A DNA stretch of 64,000 nucleotides from Chrysemys picta bellii (taxonomy: Eukaryota), in assembly GCF_011386835.1 (NCBI RefSeq), contig NC_088796.1:97526001-97590000 (forward strand). Direction: 5' to 3'. Under the pieces are notes generated by a model, which was not told the DNA's origin, did no database searches, and saw only the letters and a program-made list of their open reading frames with translations. Numbering within the stretch: position 1 is the first letter of the stretch; each line of letters starts with the position of its first letter. Below, one piece after another: positions 39,868 through 51,847 of this stretch. The position numbers and the translations under genes were made by a program.

Positions 39868-41084
39868 GGCTAAGTGCTGCAGTAACATTTCACCTCAAGA
39901 CAAGTCAAACCAAAAAGATTTGCTGATCTCTGTAGCTTGGATGTTTGACCGCATCAAAAACACTTTGCTGTCTGTAATGGTCGGCAGTATCTACTGCGGA
40001 AAACCAAATGACAGGTAGCAAGGAGTATTTATAGGCCAGGCTGGAGATGAACTGTTTGTACTGTATGAGGAAGCTATTGGCTGTAGCAAGCTTAGGCTCT
40101 AGCCAGAGCTATCAGTCCTCACTTTTATAAACACCAAGTTCACTCACAAATGAAATTAAAACATAAGTGTCAGTGCTGGCCACTGTTTTTCCTCATTAAA
40201 AGAACCTCTAAGTTTAAAAGTGAAATGATGTATATTTATGACAATTGCACTGATTTAATAAGTAACAATCATTTATATTTATATTCTTAGGACATGGATT
40301 TCACTAATGAGTAGTTTTTGTTGTTGTTTCTCATTTTTACTACTATATTACTTTTGATAAATAAATTTGCTCTTTTTAGGTTGTTACCATATCAGCATTT
40401 ATCCTACCTTTAGACACACAGACATGCCTTACTTTTTGTCAAGTGACTTATCAAGATATACACACAAACAGATGAAAGTGTTACAAGATGCATTGTATCT
40501 TGTGTCTGAAATCAATATTGGGCCTAAACATTTGTAAACAGGATTGCAAATGTAATAAAGCTATAATAGGGGTGATAGGAACCTTTTACTTCTTTCCTCT
40601 CTCACCAAGGATAACCACATTTTAATTCCCCTTCCCTTCAAGGGATCATATACTATGGCCTCCTCTTGAGCTGAGGCAAGGTGGACATGGATCCTACCAC
40701 AGCACTCATAGCAGCTGCCAAACTTGTTGATTCCTTGTATTGTGCTGCTGTAGGATCACTAGGCTTAACCATATTACAACTTTTTGAACTCACATAAAAA
40801 TATATTTAGACCTATCAATATTGGCCCACAGAGAGAGAATACTTAATTCTGTTTTATTATTTCTAGGTTTAACGTTTTGTATTCTACTGTACTTCCCTAC
40901 CATACAAGCATTTTTTGTTTATGCAATTAACCCAACGCTATTTGCACTTATTTTAAAATATTTTTAAATTCAAGCTTTTTTTCCCCCCCAACCACTCTCT
41001 ACAAACTTTTTACAAGTGGCGTGCAATGTGGAAGACCTATGTATTTTCTCTTATAATAAATCTTAAAAACAAAGCACTATTTAC

Positions 41085-41248
41085 CATCTCTCTTTTGGAA
41101 AGTTCTTTACAATTTCATTAATGATTGGCTGGTAGCAGGAATCTCTCTCAGGTTTCCCCGTTTCACTCCAGTCTCTTACAAACTGTTTCAAAGTGGACTT
41201 TAATTTATCCATGTCAAACGTTGAGGCTGGCACAATCTTCCCATTTTC
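41085..41248 (-). CDS. CARNMT1: CARNMT1 exon 3 ([31 protein letters not shown]...PKERW)
   Basis: aatcag|GAA acceptor, TG|GTAAAT donor, 164 bp, phase 0 to 2. Confidence 0.97.
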
Positions 41249-41350
41249 CTGATTAAAGGGCAAATAAAAGTTAGACAAAATATAAATCCAGAAATTTAAG
41301 ACGTCAAACAACCTTAGCTTTGAATACTGAAACAGACATGCTGTAGCAGC

Positions 41351-41752
41351 TATACGGGTGGTTTAGTTGATAAAGCACTCGCCTCTCACCTCTGGGACCA
41401 GGGCTCAAATCCAGCTTACAGTCATATATGAAATGAGTTTGGTGGTATCAGCTCAGCCCTCAATAGACCAGGGTCCACATCACAAAACCAATATATAATA
41501 TAGCATAATTCAGCACAACTGGTAGTCCTTATTCAGGAAAGGACAAGGGGTGAGCTAGTATGGAGACCGAACAACCTCTCACTCTGAGAGGGAGGTCCCT
41601 CCAGGTCATTGATGAGGCAGCATGGAGAAGCTCACACTGGAGCTGCCCAGAACTGTACCCAGCCTATGGATACAAAAAAAAAAAAGAAGACTTCAGTTTC
41701 CGTCACTGCCAGTCCCTTAAGCTTCATAAGTGTAAAACTTCATTAAAAAAAA
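41351..41752 (+). mobile_element. Near full-length LF-SINE
   Basis: Collinear blocks match the recalled LF-SINE consensus: CCTCTCACCTCT..CAAATCCAGC, TGAAATGAGTTTGGTGG, GTCCACATCACAAAACC, ATGGAGACCGAAC, GGTCCCTCCAGG, GACTTCAGT, and an A-rich tail. Confidence 0.78.
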
Positions 41753-42296
41753 TAGATATGGCATACTAAAAAAAGGTAGATCAAGTAGGGGGGAAATTAT
41801 GATAAAATTGTACAGAACTATAATACCACAAATAGTTAATTTACCTAAAACACATAGGTGATTAAGAATGTTGTAAACTAATGTACTACAAAAACACTAT
41901 TTATGATCAATGCAGCCAAGTGAAAAGTCAACCTTAGAAAAATAACTTGGGTAGAGTTAGAACTCCATTGGAGTTCTATCATACTGATCTGTTACTAAGA
42001 GTACTTACTGACAACTTGCCATAGCAGACAAGTACTGTTCTCCTGAGTGATTAACTGTACCTCTATATAGAAAAAATAGCCAGAGATGCCTTTATTGAAA
42101 AACTATACAATATAATTCATCAGGCCTATAAGACATGCAAAGGTTGGGGGCAAGGTAATTAAGCAAATATGAATTCATAAGGGAAGTGGGGAGGGACAAA
42201 AGAAATGGAAATCTGAAGTGAGAAAAAGAAATATAACTAACAAATGTACAGAAATTTTTACTTCTGAAATATGAAAAGAGTCCAATTTTTACATAC

Positions 42297-42492
42297 ATCT
42301 TCTCCATATTCTTTATTTTCAAACATATGTTTGCACTCGTTCACAATGGTCTGTAGGATCTCTTGATTATGATCAATGCATTTCCGAATCTTGTCCAGAT
42401 GAAGAAGAAATTGAGGAAGTAGGTTTTGTTGGTTAGCTGGGAGGGATCTAAACTGTCTCTCTGTTCTGTTCACTTGCTCATGCATATTAGTT
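42297..42492 (-). CDS. CARNMT1: CARNMT1 exon 2 ([22 protein letters not shown]...ENKEYGED)
   Basis: tctag|A acceptor, GAT|GTATGT donor, 196 bp, phase 2 to 0; ORF 42258..42485. Confidence 0.97.
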
Positions 42493-43121
42493 CTAGAAAA
42501 TAAAAAAGTTAAGGTCTGTCAGTATTTAGCGTCAACTATAAATGCAAAGAACCCACATTTGAAGATACTCCAGATTACCGCTATTATAACTTCTCCATCT
42601 TTACTCAAAAAACCTTAGATCTCATTACACAATGATCCTCTAACCAAGCCAAAAGACCTCAATTCCTAAGAATTTTATAGAGAATGTGGTTATTTTAGAC
42701 TGCAAATTATGAAGCGGTTATCTATTCCCAGATCTGTGCATGTTAGCATCACCATCAATGGCACTGGTTCACAAACTGAAGTCTACATTGGTTTGAATAC
42801 CATTAGAAATTCACGGAAATAGACTGATTGGACAAACGGTTTGAAAATATCACGCTTTTAACTGTGCATTGAAACAGTAAAGAAAATAATATTAAAAGAG
42901 TATACACTATGCTGCATAAGACACAAGGAACTCACTTCACTTTTAATATCACTGTACGGATTCTGTAAAGACTTCTCCACATGCTTACCTTTTCACACTG
43001 AACAGTCCAATGAAATCAACAGAACTACTCACAATATGGAAAATTAAGTATGTGGATAAATCACTACACAATTGAGGCCTTAGTTCTTTACCTTGAGCCA
43101 CTCGTTAACAGAAAAGTTAAG

Positions 43122-43345
43122 AAGAACAGGAGTACTTGTGGCACCTTAGAGACTAACAAATTTATTAGAGCATAAGCTTTCGTGGACTACAGCCCACTTC
43201 TTCGGATGCATATGCATCCGAAGAAGTGGGCTGTAGTCCACGAAAGCTTATGCTCTAATAAATTTGTTAGTCTCTAAGGTGCCACAAGTACTCCTGTTCT
43301 TCTTTTTGCGGATACAGACTAACACGGCTGTTACTCTGAAACCTG
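43122..43345 (+). mobile_element. Young 5'-truncated and inverted Penelope-like element
   Basis: TSD AGAAAAGTTAAG at 43110-43121 and 43346-43357; same terminal sequence as the PLE at 31167; perfect palindrome 43119-43304. Confidence 0.88.
43170..43253. ncRNA. Two identical minimal type I hammerhead ribozyme motifs (+ 43214-43253; - 43209-43170)
   Basis: GCAU-CCGAAGA-A-GUGGGC(UGUA)GUCCAC-GAAA-GC-UU/AUGC: 4-bp stem I, core C3-A9, 6-bp stem II, GAAA, and palindromic AGCU in place of stem III. Confidence 0.75.
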
Positions 43346-43473
43346 AGAAAAGTTAAGGATGAACACAAATTTCATTGTAACTACATAGGATAATGTTGCT
43401 GTTTTCATTTTAAATTCTAATCTGTACACAATTTTCAAATCAATGTAATTTAAGGATATTCTATAGCAAGTTT

Positions 43474-44100
43474 AAGAACATAAGAATGCACATACTGGGT
43501 CAAACTAATGGTTCACCTAGCCCAGTATCCTGTTTTCTAACAGCTTCAGATGCCAGATGCTTCAGAGGGAATGAATTTAGGAGGGCAATTTATCGAGTGA
43601 TCCATCCCATCGTCCAGTCCCAGCTTCTGGCAGCCAGAGGTTCAGGGACACCCGGAGCATGTGGTTGCAGCCCTGACCATCTTGTCTAAAAGCCCCTGAT
43701 GCACCTATCCTCCATAAACTTATCTAATTATTTTTGAACCCACTTATACTTTTGGCCTTCACAACATCTCCTGGCAACAAGCTACACAGGTTGACTGTGC
43801 GTTGTACAAATCTGCAGCTATTAATTTCACTGGGTGCCCCCTATTTCTTGTGTTACATGAAGGGATAAACAACACATCCTTATTCTCTTTCTCTACACCA
43901 TTCATGATTTTAGATACCTCTATCGTATCTCTCTTCTAAACAGAACAGCCCCAGTTTTTTTTAATCTCTCCTCACAGGGAAGCTGTTCCATACCCCTAAT
44001 GATTTTGTTGCCCTTCTCTATACTTCTTCCACTTGTAATACATCTTTTTTGAGATGGGGCGACGAGAACTGCATGCAGTATTCAAGGCATACCACAGATT
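43474..44100 (-). mobile_element. CR1 LINE 3' fragment
   Basis: AAGAACATAAGAA tail; homologous to the 2.8-3.4 kb CR1 end; followed by a TA/CA microsatellite. Confidence 0.85.
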
Positions 44101-45379
44101 ATGTTTTTATTTGTATATGCGCATATATACACACACACATATGCATTATATATATATATATATATATGCATTAGGATATTTTCTGTCTTGTCATCTATCC
44201 CTTTCTTAATGGTTGGCTAAGACAGTCATATAGACATTCAGTCCTCTGAATTAGAACTCACTTCATTCACAGTTTACATGGGTATCTAAAACCGCTCATT
44301 TAATATTTCTATGTTCAAGCATTTAGATTGTTAAAGAGACACCCTTTAATTTCAATAACCTCGTAAGGTTTATAAAAATAAAGCTATTTGAAACATGTTT
44401 TATTGACACTAGTTATTAAATATGGGGCGCATTTCAACTCAATCTGGTTAAAGCTCTTTGAAAGGAATTGCAAAGGAGGTGGTCCTATAATTTAAAGATC
44501 ATGTATGGCACCTAACATTGTCCAAACGAGACAATTGCACTATAATGGCCCCAGCTGTTTACAATTGAAATATAAAAAATATAATGTGGATCATAACATC
44601 CCAACTCTGTTTCATGTATTTAAACTTCCTAAAAGGTTCTAAAGTGACAGAACATATATGATTTCCAAGATAATGTCACAAGCATGGCTATAAACAGTTG
44701 CTTTCTCTAGATCAATTAGTTTTAACCAAAAATAAATGATGTTCTCCTCTGTTCTACACATTCGGTAGAAAAGTATTTTTGAGGCTTTCTACTCCAGCTT
44801 ATTATTTTTTGAAGGGCCATAAAGCACTTTTCTGGTAGGAAAACAAGCTCAAAGTTAGTTATATCCTTCAATGTCAGTATTGAATACAATGCTGTTAACC
44901 GGCCTTGGTTTTGCAGTGTTTGCATAGTCTGTAAAGTTCAATCTCAACAGTCTAAAATAAATGTTCATTAATAATTATGTACTTTTACATTTATTATCCA
45001 AAACTCAATCAGGTTCATTTTAAAAACAGAAAAACGTACTGCTTACTTCATCTCCCCTAATTAAGCAACTTTGCCTTAAGAGGAAGATATGAAGACCCTT
45101 CAACACCACTTCAAGTATTTCTCCAGCTAACAAAGAACCAGCTTGACCAACATGCCCTGCTATCACTTCTGTACATGCACTCAGTTCCACTTCTAAATAA
45201 TTTTGTATTTCCACAGTTATAAGAGAAAAACTAGAAAACTGTCATGGGGGGGGGGGGGAAGGGGAGAGATGGGGAGAGCGCACACACACACCGGTGGCGG
45301 GGGTGCATGGGAGGAAATGGGCAGAAAGGTTACATAGGCAGTGATTTCCTGGCTCCACCTGGCTGGTTTCTCGGGGGCA

Positions 45380-46270
45380 GGGGCCTGGGAATTGGGTAAG
45401 GGGGTCTCGTCTCTCAGCCTCAGGGGGAGCCGGCCAGGGTCGGAGTCTCTCGGGTTCAGGAAACCTGGGGGGAGGGGTCTCTAGTCTTCCGCGGAGTAGG
45501 GTATCGGTTACCCGTAGTATCGGAAGGCGTTGATGATTCTCCGGAAATGCTCCCCCTCCAGCCGCTCTTCCTCCTCCTCCTCCATCCTGCTCACCGTCCC
45601 CTGCTCCGGCTGCTTTCGCCTGAGCCGCTCGCTGCTGAACGGCACCTCCCCGTCGTCGCAACCACCCCGGTCTCGCCACGGCCGCTGTTCCCCTCCATCC
45701 CCCTCCCAGTCCCCCTGCCGGCGCCCCCGGAGCATCGCCGTGACCGAGGTGTGTCCTCCTCGCCTCCGGGCCGCGGCTGCAGCGAGAGCTGCGCCTTCCA
45801 GGACAGGCCGCACGCGGCCGACAACTCCAACGCTTTCCCCGCCCGCTTCCGGCACGAGAGAAAGGCGCACGCGCCCCCCGAGTACTTGCTTTATATGACG
45901 CGAGGACACCGCCCTCCAACGGCGATATACAACGGGCATGGCCCGCGCAGCCGCAGAAGAGCCCGTCCGACCCCTCCTACCAGCCAGTGAGTGATCGTGA
46001 GAAAATGCGGGAAGAGAAGAGTCAACGGCCTAACCACGAACTGTCGCGGGGGGGAGGTGTCACCCCTCCCCTCTACTGGCAGGATCCAAATCTGCTTCTT
46101 CACCGTGTGGCATAGATACCGGGGGGTCCCGTGCAGCCCTGACCGTGAGGCGTGGGGGGAGCCTGGCTGCAGCAGTAACGTTCTCACTGGCCAGAGAGTG
46201 TAGCACGGCCCGCCCCAGGCAGGGGGAGGTAGGCGACAGCAGGGAAAGGGGCAGTAGTTTGTAACGGGGG
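45380..46270 (-). promoter_or_regulatory. CpG island / CARNMT1 promoter
   Basis: CpG-rich; minus-strand TATAAA at 45890-45895 and ETS/GABPA-like CCGGAAGC at 45845-45852. Confidence 0.85.
45512..45735 (-). CDS. CARNMT1: Carnosine N-methyltransferase 1, exon 1 (MLRGRRQ...MEEEEEERLEGEHFRRIINAFRYYG)
   Basis: EEEEERLExEHFxxIINAFRYYG matches the CARNMT1 N-terminal region; donor GG|GTAACC, 224 bp, phase 2. The start at 45735 is chosen by analogy with orthologues; an in-frame ATG also exists at 45939. Confidence 0.88.
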
Positions 46271-47078
46271 GGGGGGGGAGAAGATGAGTCAATGGTGGCT
46301 ATTTTTCCATTGAAAAATATGTTTGAAGAGATGCCATACCTATATGTAAAGGAATAGGGCACCAGGGGCAATTTCCCCCTCTCACCAGGAGTGGCCAAGC
46401 CCTGGGAAAGAGCTTGGTTGGATAATCTAAGCCCTAGACCCAGAGCTACAGCCACTCTTTTCTTAACCTGTGTACTCTAATTTTTAAACATTAGCTCTAA
46501 TAAAACATTTAAATCTGTATTTCAGTAACACATACATTGTGATAGGCACTATAACACTATTGGACTCTGCTCCTTTTTAACTCCAGGGCAAAGGTGCTGT
46601 TAATTGCACTGGAGGGAGTCCTGTCCTGGAGCTGGTGAGTGCTAAGGATGGGCCATAACACAAAAAAGTAAGAGCAGACAGTGTGTGAAGAAGGAGAGTC
46701 ATGATTATAATAGGTGGTAATGACGATGGTGAGGGGCAGCCACACTAAAGTTCAGCATCTAGTTTAGATGAAAATGAAGGATGCTTCTGGCCACTTGTTC
46801 TATTTTATATTAACTATTTTTTTAGCACCATAGGACTTGAGCTCCTGCAATAATACAGCAAAACACTACATGTTACACAAATGATAGTAAATGATACACA
46901 AATGATATCTTTTGGGATATTACTATAGCATAGATATATTTTAAAAATATATAAGAATATGCAGGAGTACAGAGGTGTCTAAATAAGATCCCTCAGACAG
47001 AAAATCTGAGAATAGAAGGCAGATAACTAACTGAGGTTGGAGTTAAGGGTATCTGCGATAGATACTTTTTTTCTAAAC

Positions 47079-47481
47079 TAGTGGCCCTCAACCTTTCCAC
47101 ACTACTGTACCACTTGCAGGAGTCTGCAATGTCTTGCGTATCCCAAGTTTCACTTCACTTAACTACTTGCTTACACAATCAGACACAAACACTAAAGTGT
47201 CACAGAACACTATTACTGAAAAATTGCTTATTCTCATTTTTACCATATAATTATCAAAGCAATTGGAATATAAATATTCTTACATTTCAGTTTACAGTAT
47301 ACAGAGCAGTATAAACAAGTCATTGTCTGTATGAAGTTTCACTAGTTGTCTGTACTGACTTCGCTAGTTCTTTTTATGTAGCCTGTTGTAAAACTAGATA
47401 AATATCTAGGTGATTTGGTGTACTCCCTGAAAGATCTCTGCGTACCCCCAGGAATACGCAAACCCCGGTTAAGAACCACTG
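47079..47481. mobile_element. hAT MITE, same family as 56433-56827
   Basis: Collinear homology; degraded TIR; TSD only 5/8 (TTCTAAAC / ATCTATAG). Confidence 0.85.
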
Positions 47482-49281
47482 ATCTATAGTAGAATACATT
47501 GTATTGTAAAGATATCTTTAAAATACAGCTCAAATCTATAGATGTATCAAGGATCATTGCTCTTAAGGATTTAAAGTTAACTAACAGGTTATACCTATTT
47601 CTGTATTACCTTCTCCAACCACTGTTAGGAATAGAACCCAAATCTCTAAGACAGATAAAACTGGGATTGTTACATTATAGTACAGTACTTATACCCCAGA
47701 GCCAGAGATAGAATCTAGGATTTCTGTGCATCAAAAATAAGAAGTTTCTGGCAAGTATCAGCTAGTTTAATACATACTTGCTTTGCTATCATGTGACTGC
47801 ACACCTCCCTGCAAAATAAACATATTTTATATATATATTTAAAGCCATTTATTGTTCCTCCAAGCCATTTGAGAAAACACAATTAGAGTATATTTTATTT
47901 GTTGTATAAAATTGAGATACAGAAATTCACATTAAAAAGTATTTCATCTTAAACATATTTCTACATACACTTACACTGCTTCTGTTTTAGTAGATCACCA
48001 CGAATATATTTTCTGCTTACTATTAACAGTCTTAATATTGCATTCATGATCAGACAGTCAAGATGGCTACCATATTATAGTTGTCAGGCTAAAAATATCC
48101 GAACAAAAACACATTTCTGTGCTACCAAAATGCCTGAAAGTGAACAATACTAGAACTTTTAGGGTTGGAAGGACCCTGTAGTAGGTTATATGGTTTGCAC
48201 CTTTGGTTTGAGTAGAATTAAGATATCTAGACAATCCTCAAAAGATAGTTTGTTTTCAAATAGTTTTAAGTCCTCCCTGTGTGTATTTATTTATTTTTAT
48301 ATGACTGAGAAGCTGGTACTATTCCTTAGCTGATCTAAACCATATAATTTTTCTGTTCTCTAATCACATTTCTTTTTTTAAATTTATTTCTAATTAATCA
48401 TTTATGATTAATGAGAATCTTATTCTTTCCTTCTTCTCTTTTGTACCATCTTTTGTGCATGTCAGCCAGAATCTTTTACAACTCAAAACCTTATTTTCCA
48501 GGCTGCACATTTTTCATCCTGTTACTGTTAACACATCTGAACCACTACCAACCTCTCTTCTTATCCTACAACTCTTTCTAATAGCCTAGTAGTTGCTCTT
48601 CAGATTATCTATATCCTTTCCATAGTGCCCCAAACAATACACAATACTCCAGCTGCATTCTAACAAGCACCATGTGAAAAAGGAAGAATTCTGTTTCTGT
48701 TCTCAAGTGCAATACCTCTATTTACATACTCCCAAAATGGCTTTTGCCTCTTTAACCACATCATGTCATTTAATACTCATATTTAATATCTTATGAGCTA
48801 TTACTTCTATTTTTCCCTATATTACTAACGTGCAATCACTTTGCATTTGTGATTTTCAATTCCAAAAATATTTTACTTGGATATAAAATTGTGCACATAG
48901 CGTATACCTATGAAAGTATATTTATGAAATATCCAAGGCTATATTTCCATACATTAAAGTAATTTTCAAATTCCTTATATTACATGATTAAATATTAAAT
49001 CAGGCTTAAAGTTTGTCACAGGGTTACAGATGCCACTCTGAGCAAGGCTATCACTTTAAAAATACTGCACTAGTCTACTGGATGACCTATACTGTTCATC
49101 AATATTTATAAAGTCTAACAGAAATAGCAGTCACTACAGTACAATATGGATTTGTATAAACTGGTGTTTCGGATGTACATACAATAGATTGGGTGGATCA
49201 CTTTGCCAGAAACCATAAAATTGACCCTGAATCCATACTGGAAAGAATTCCCACTTCTCACATGGTTTTGCTGTGACCTGC

Positions 49282-49285
49282 TCAC
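49282..49285 (-). CDS. NMRK1: NMRK1 probable last exon, coding part (completes Lys, then TGA)
   Basis: Acceptor ttttatttttttaag|GTGAGCAGGTCACAGCA resembles the human terminal exon encoding CLQVTA (recalled); in phase 2 it reads AA|G TGA. Confidence 0.6.
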
Positions 49286-50044
49286 CTTAAAAAAATAAAA
49301 GTAAAGATATCAGTTCACAGATATTAGATGGCATCTACTATATGTCTAATCACAATTCTTGTCACCTACCTGAATCTCAAAATATGTTATTCTTTCCCTC
49401 TATGCTCAAATCTTGTCAAACCTCAATTTTTTTGCTCAAAGTAATATGTTACCACTTTCTCTCAAAAACTTTCAAATATATCTCTTAACTCTGCAAAGTT
49501 ATCCAGCAATTGATCTATCTGTTCCAGATCTGAAGCAGTTGTAAAACAAGTGTTTACATTTAGTTTGTATATAATCTACATTAAGATACTAAACGTCTCT
49601 CTCATTCATGAGGATATGGCACATATACACAATATCATTGACTGTATTTTTAATTATTTTTCCATTTAATTTTTATTTTTCAATTAATGTTAACCTGCTT
49701 CACTGTGAATAGCTGGTATTTATGATGACCTTCTCTGCATGCCTTTTATGAATGCTATGTATTGGCACAAACCATAACCAGGAGTTTTGTTTGGCTGGGC
49801 TTTTGCTACCTCATTCCCCCCCCTCTCTTGTTTTATATATATTTTTAATAGTAAAGATCAGCCACAACTCTGTACCCAGTTATCTATATCATGTAGTGAT
49901 GTATTTCAAAATTTAATTTAAAATTCAAATTGTAATGGATTTTGAGTTACAAAATAAATGTATAGACAGACCAGCAAGATCTATACATTCACTACACTGC
50001 ATCAGTATCAAAGAGGTAGTAAAAGCATGGCACATGTTATACAC

Positions 50045-50256
50045 CAGGGGTTCTCAAACTGGGGGTTGGGACCCCTCAGGGGGTCATGAGGTTATTACAT
50101 GGGGGGTTGCGAGGTGTCAACCTCCACCCCAAACCCCGCTTTGCCTCCAGCATTTATAATATATTTTAAAAAGTGTTTTAAATTTATAAGGGGGGGTTGC
50201 ACTCAGAGGTTTGCTATGTGAAAGGGGTCACCAGTAAAAAAGTTTGAGAGCCACTG
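50045..50256. mobile_element. hAT MITE
   Basis: TIR CAGGGGTTCTCAAACT / AGTTTGAGAGCCACTG; exact TSD TTATACAC. Confidence 0.9.
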
Positions 50257-50932
50257 TTATACACAGTAGGAAGACCAGACTTATGGGATCAACTATTAAG
50301 ACACAAGCTTTGCTTTTTCTTTCAGATAAATATGCACTGATTCTTCCACTAGAGTTCTTTTTAAGAACCAGTGGACATATTCTTTGACAGACTCCAGTTA
50401 GCTTACTGCTGCAACTCATTTAACTACTGCTTAATTTAAAAGAAGAAGAAAAAAAAAAGAGCTGTGTGTATGCTTCCTAATCTAAATAAACAAAAGGTGG
50501 GTTAACTAAAATTCCCTCTAATGATTGTGAAAATTCAGTAGAGAGAAGAAAATCACCCCAAATAGTGTGGAATAGGGGATTAGGAAAACCAGATTTATTA
50601 AATGTTCTGGTTCTTCAATATTTAAATCATTATTTGAGAGCCTTCCTGCACAGGCCTAATTGCTCCACTTAGGAAAAGCAGATGTTTGAGAATCTGGGGG
50701 AACACTGTAAAAAGGTTATTCCCAACATGCAAGCACCAACAAGAGAGAGCAGAGAGGAGATCTAAAATGATAAAATAACTCATCCTTTCAGTGCGGTCAA
50801 AGAACCTGGTCAAAATCCAGCTTAAACAGAGTGCCATAAGGTCTCCGCTGACCAAGCAGCGCCAACATGAGCTCAGTTTTTAAAGTTTTACTTTAAAGCC
50901 CACCCATAGTAAGTGATTAGTATATTCTATTG

Positions 50933-51574
50933 CAGGGGTAGGCAAACTACGGCCCATAGGCCGGATTGCCCACAAGTTCCCACTGGGGAATGGGGTCTGG
51001 GGCGCTGGGACTCGGGCCGCAGCACACGGCTCAGCCCCACATCAGGGGCCGCAGCACACCACTCAGCCCTGCTCTGGCGTGCTGGGTCGGGGGCCACAGC
51101 ACACGGCTCGGCCCTGTTCTGGCACTCCGTCCGGGGCGCTGGGTCGGGGGCTGCACCACGCAGCTCCCAAAAGCCATGGCATGGCCCCCTCCGGCAATTG
51201 GAGCTTCAGGGGCAGTACCTCTGGATGGGGTAGCGTGCAGAGCCTCCTGGCCGCGCCTCTGCATAGGAGCCAGAAAAGGGACATGCCACTGCTTCTGGGA
51301 GCCACTTGAGGTAAGCGCCGCTCGGAGCCTGCACCCCTGAGCCTCTCCTCATGCCCCAAACCCCTTCCCCAGCCCTGATCCTCCTCCTGCTCTCCAAACT
51401 CCTCGGTCCAAGCCCAGAGCACCCTCCTACACCCCAAATTCCTCAGCCCCAACCCCACCCCAGAGCCTACACCCCCTCCCACATCTCAACCCCAATTTTG
51501 TGAGCATTCATGGCCCACCATACAATTTCTATTCCCCGATGTGGCCCTCAGGCCAAAAAGTTTGCCCACCCCAG
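50933..51574. mobile_element. Non-autonomous hAT element, related to 7602-8209
   Basis: TIR CAGGGGTAGGCAAACT / AGTTTGCCCACCCCAG; TSD TTCTATTG / CTCTATTG. Confidence 0.9.
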
Positions 51575-51847
51575 CTCTATTGGTATACCACAGAAGGATG
51601 AAGGGCTAAGCAAATACTGGTGTACTTGGAATCTATGGTTCCAGAAAGTCCAAGTATTTTAGATCTAAGGTTCAGACCACAGCTACCCTTCTATTTTTTT
51701 AGCTTTTTGCTTCCTATTTAGACAAAATATAAGAGTTTGTAACACAGGACGTCAAATGCTAGGTATTTACATTATCCTTTAATATTGGCATAGATTTTTG
51801 TTAATGAGTTCCCTTATCCTGTTCCAATTTCCCATAAGATGACTTAC

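Noticed and set aside
39950-40080. Possible second LF-SINE fragment
   Set aside because: Only three short scattered matches to a recalled consensus; it needs a profile search.
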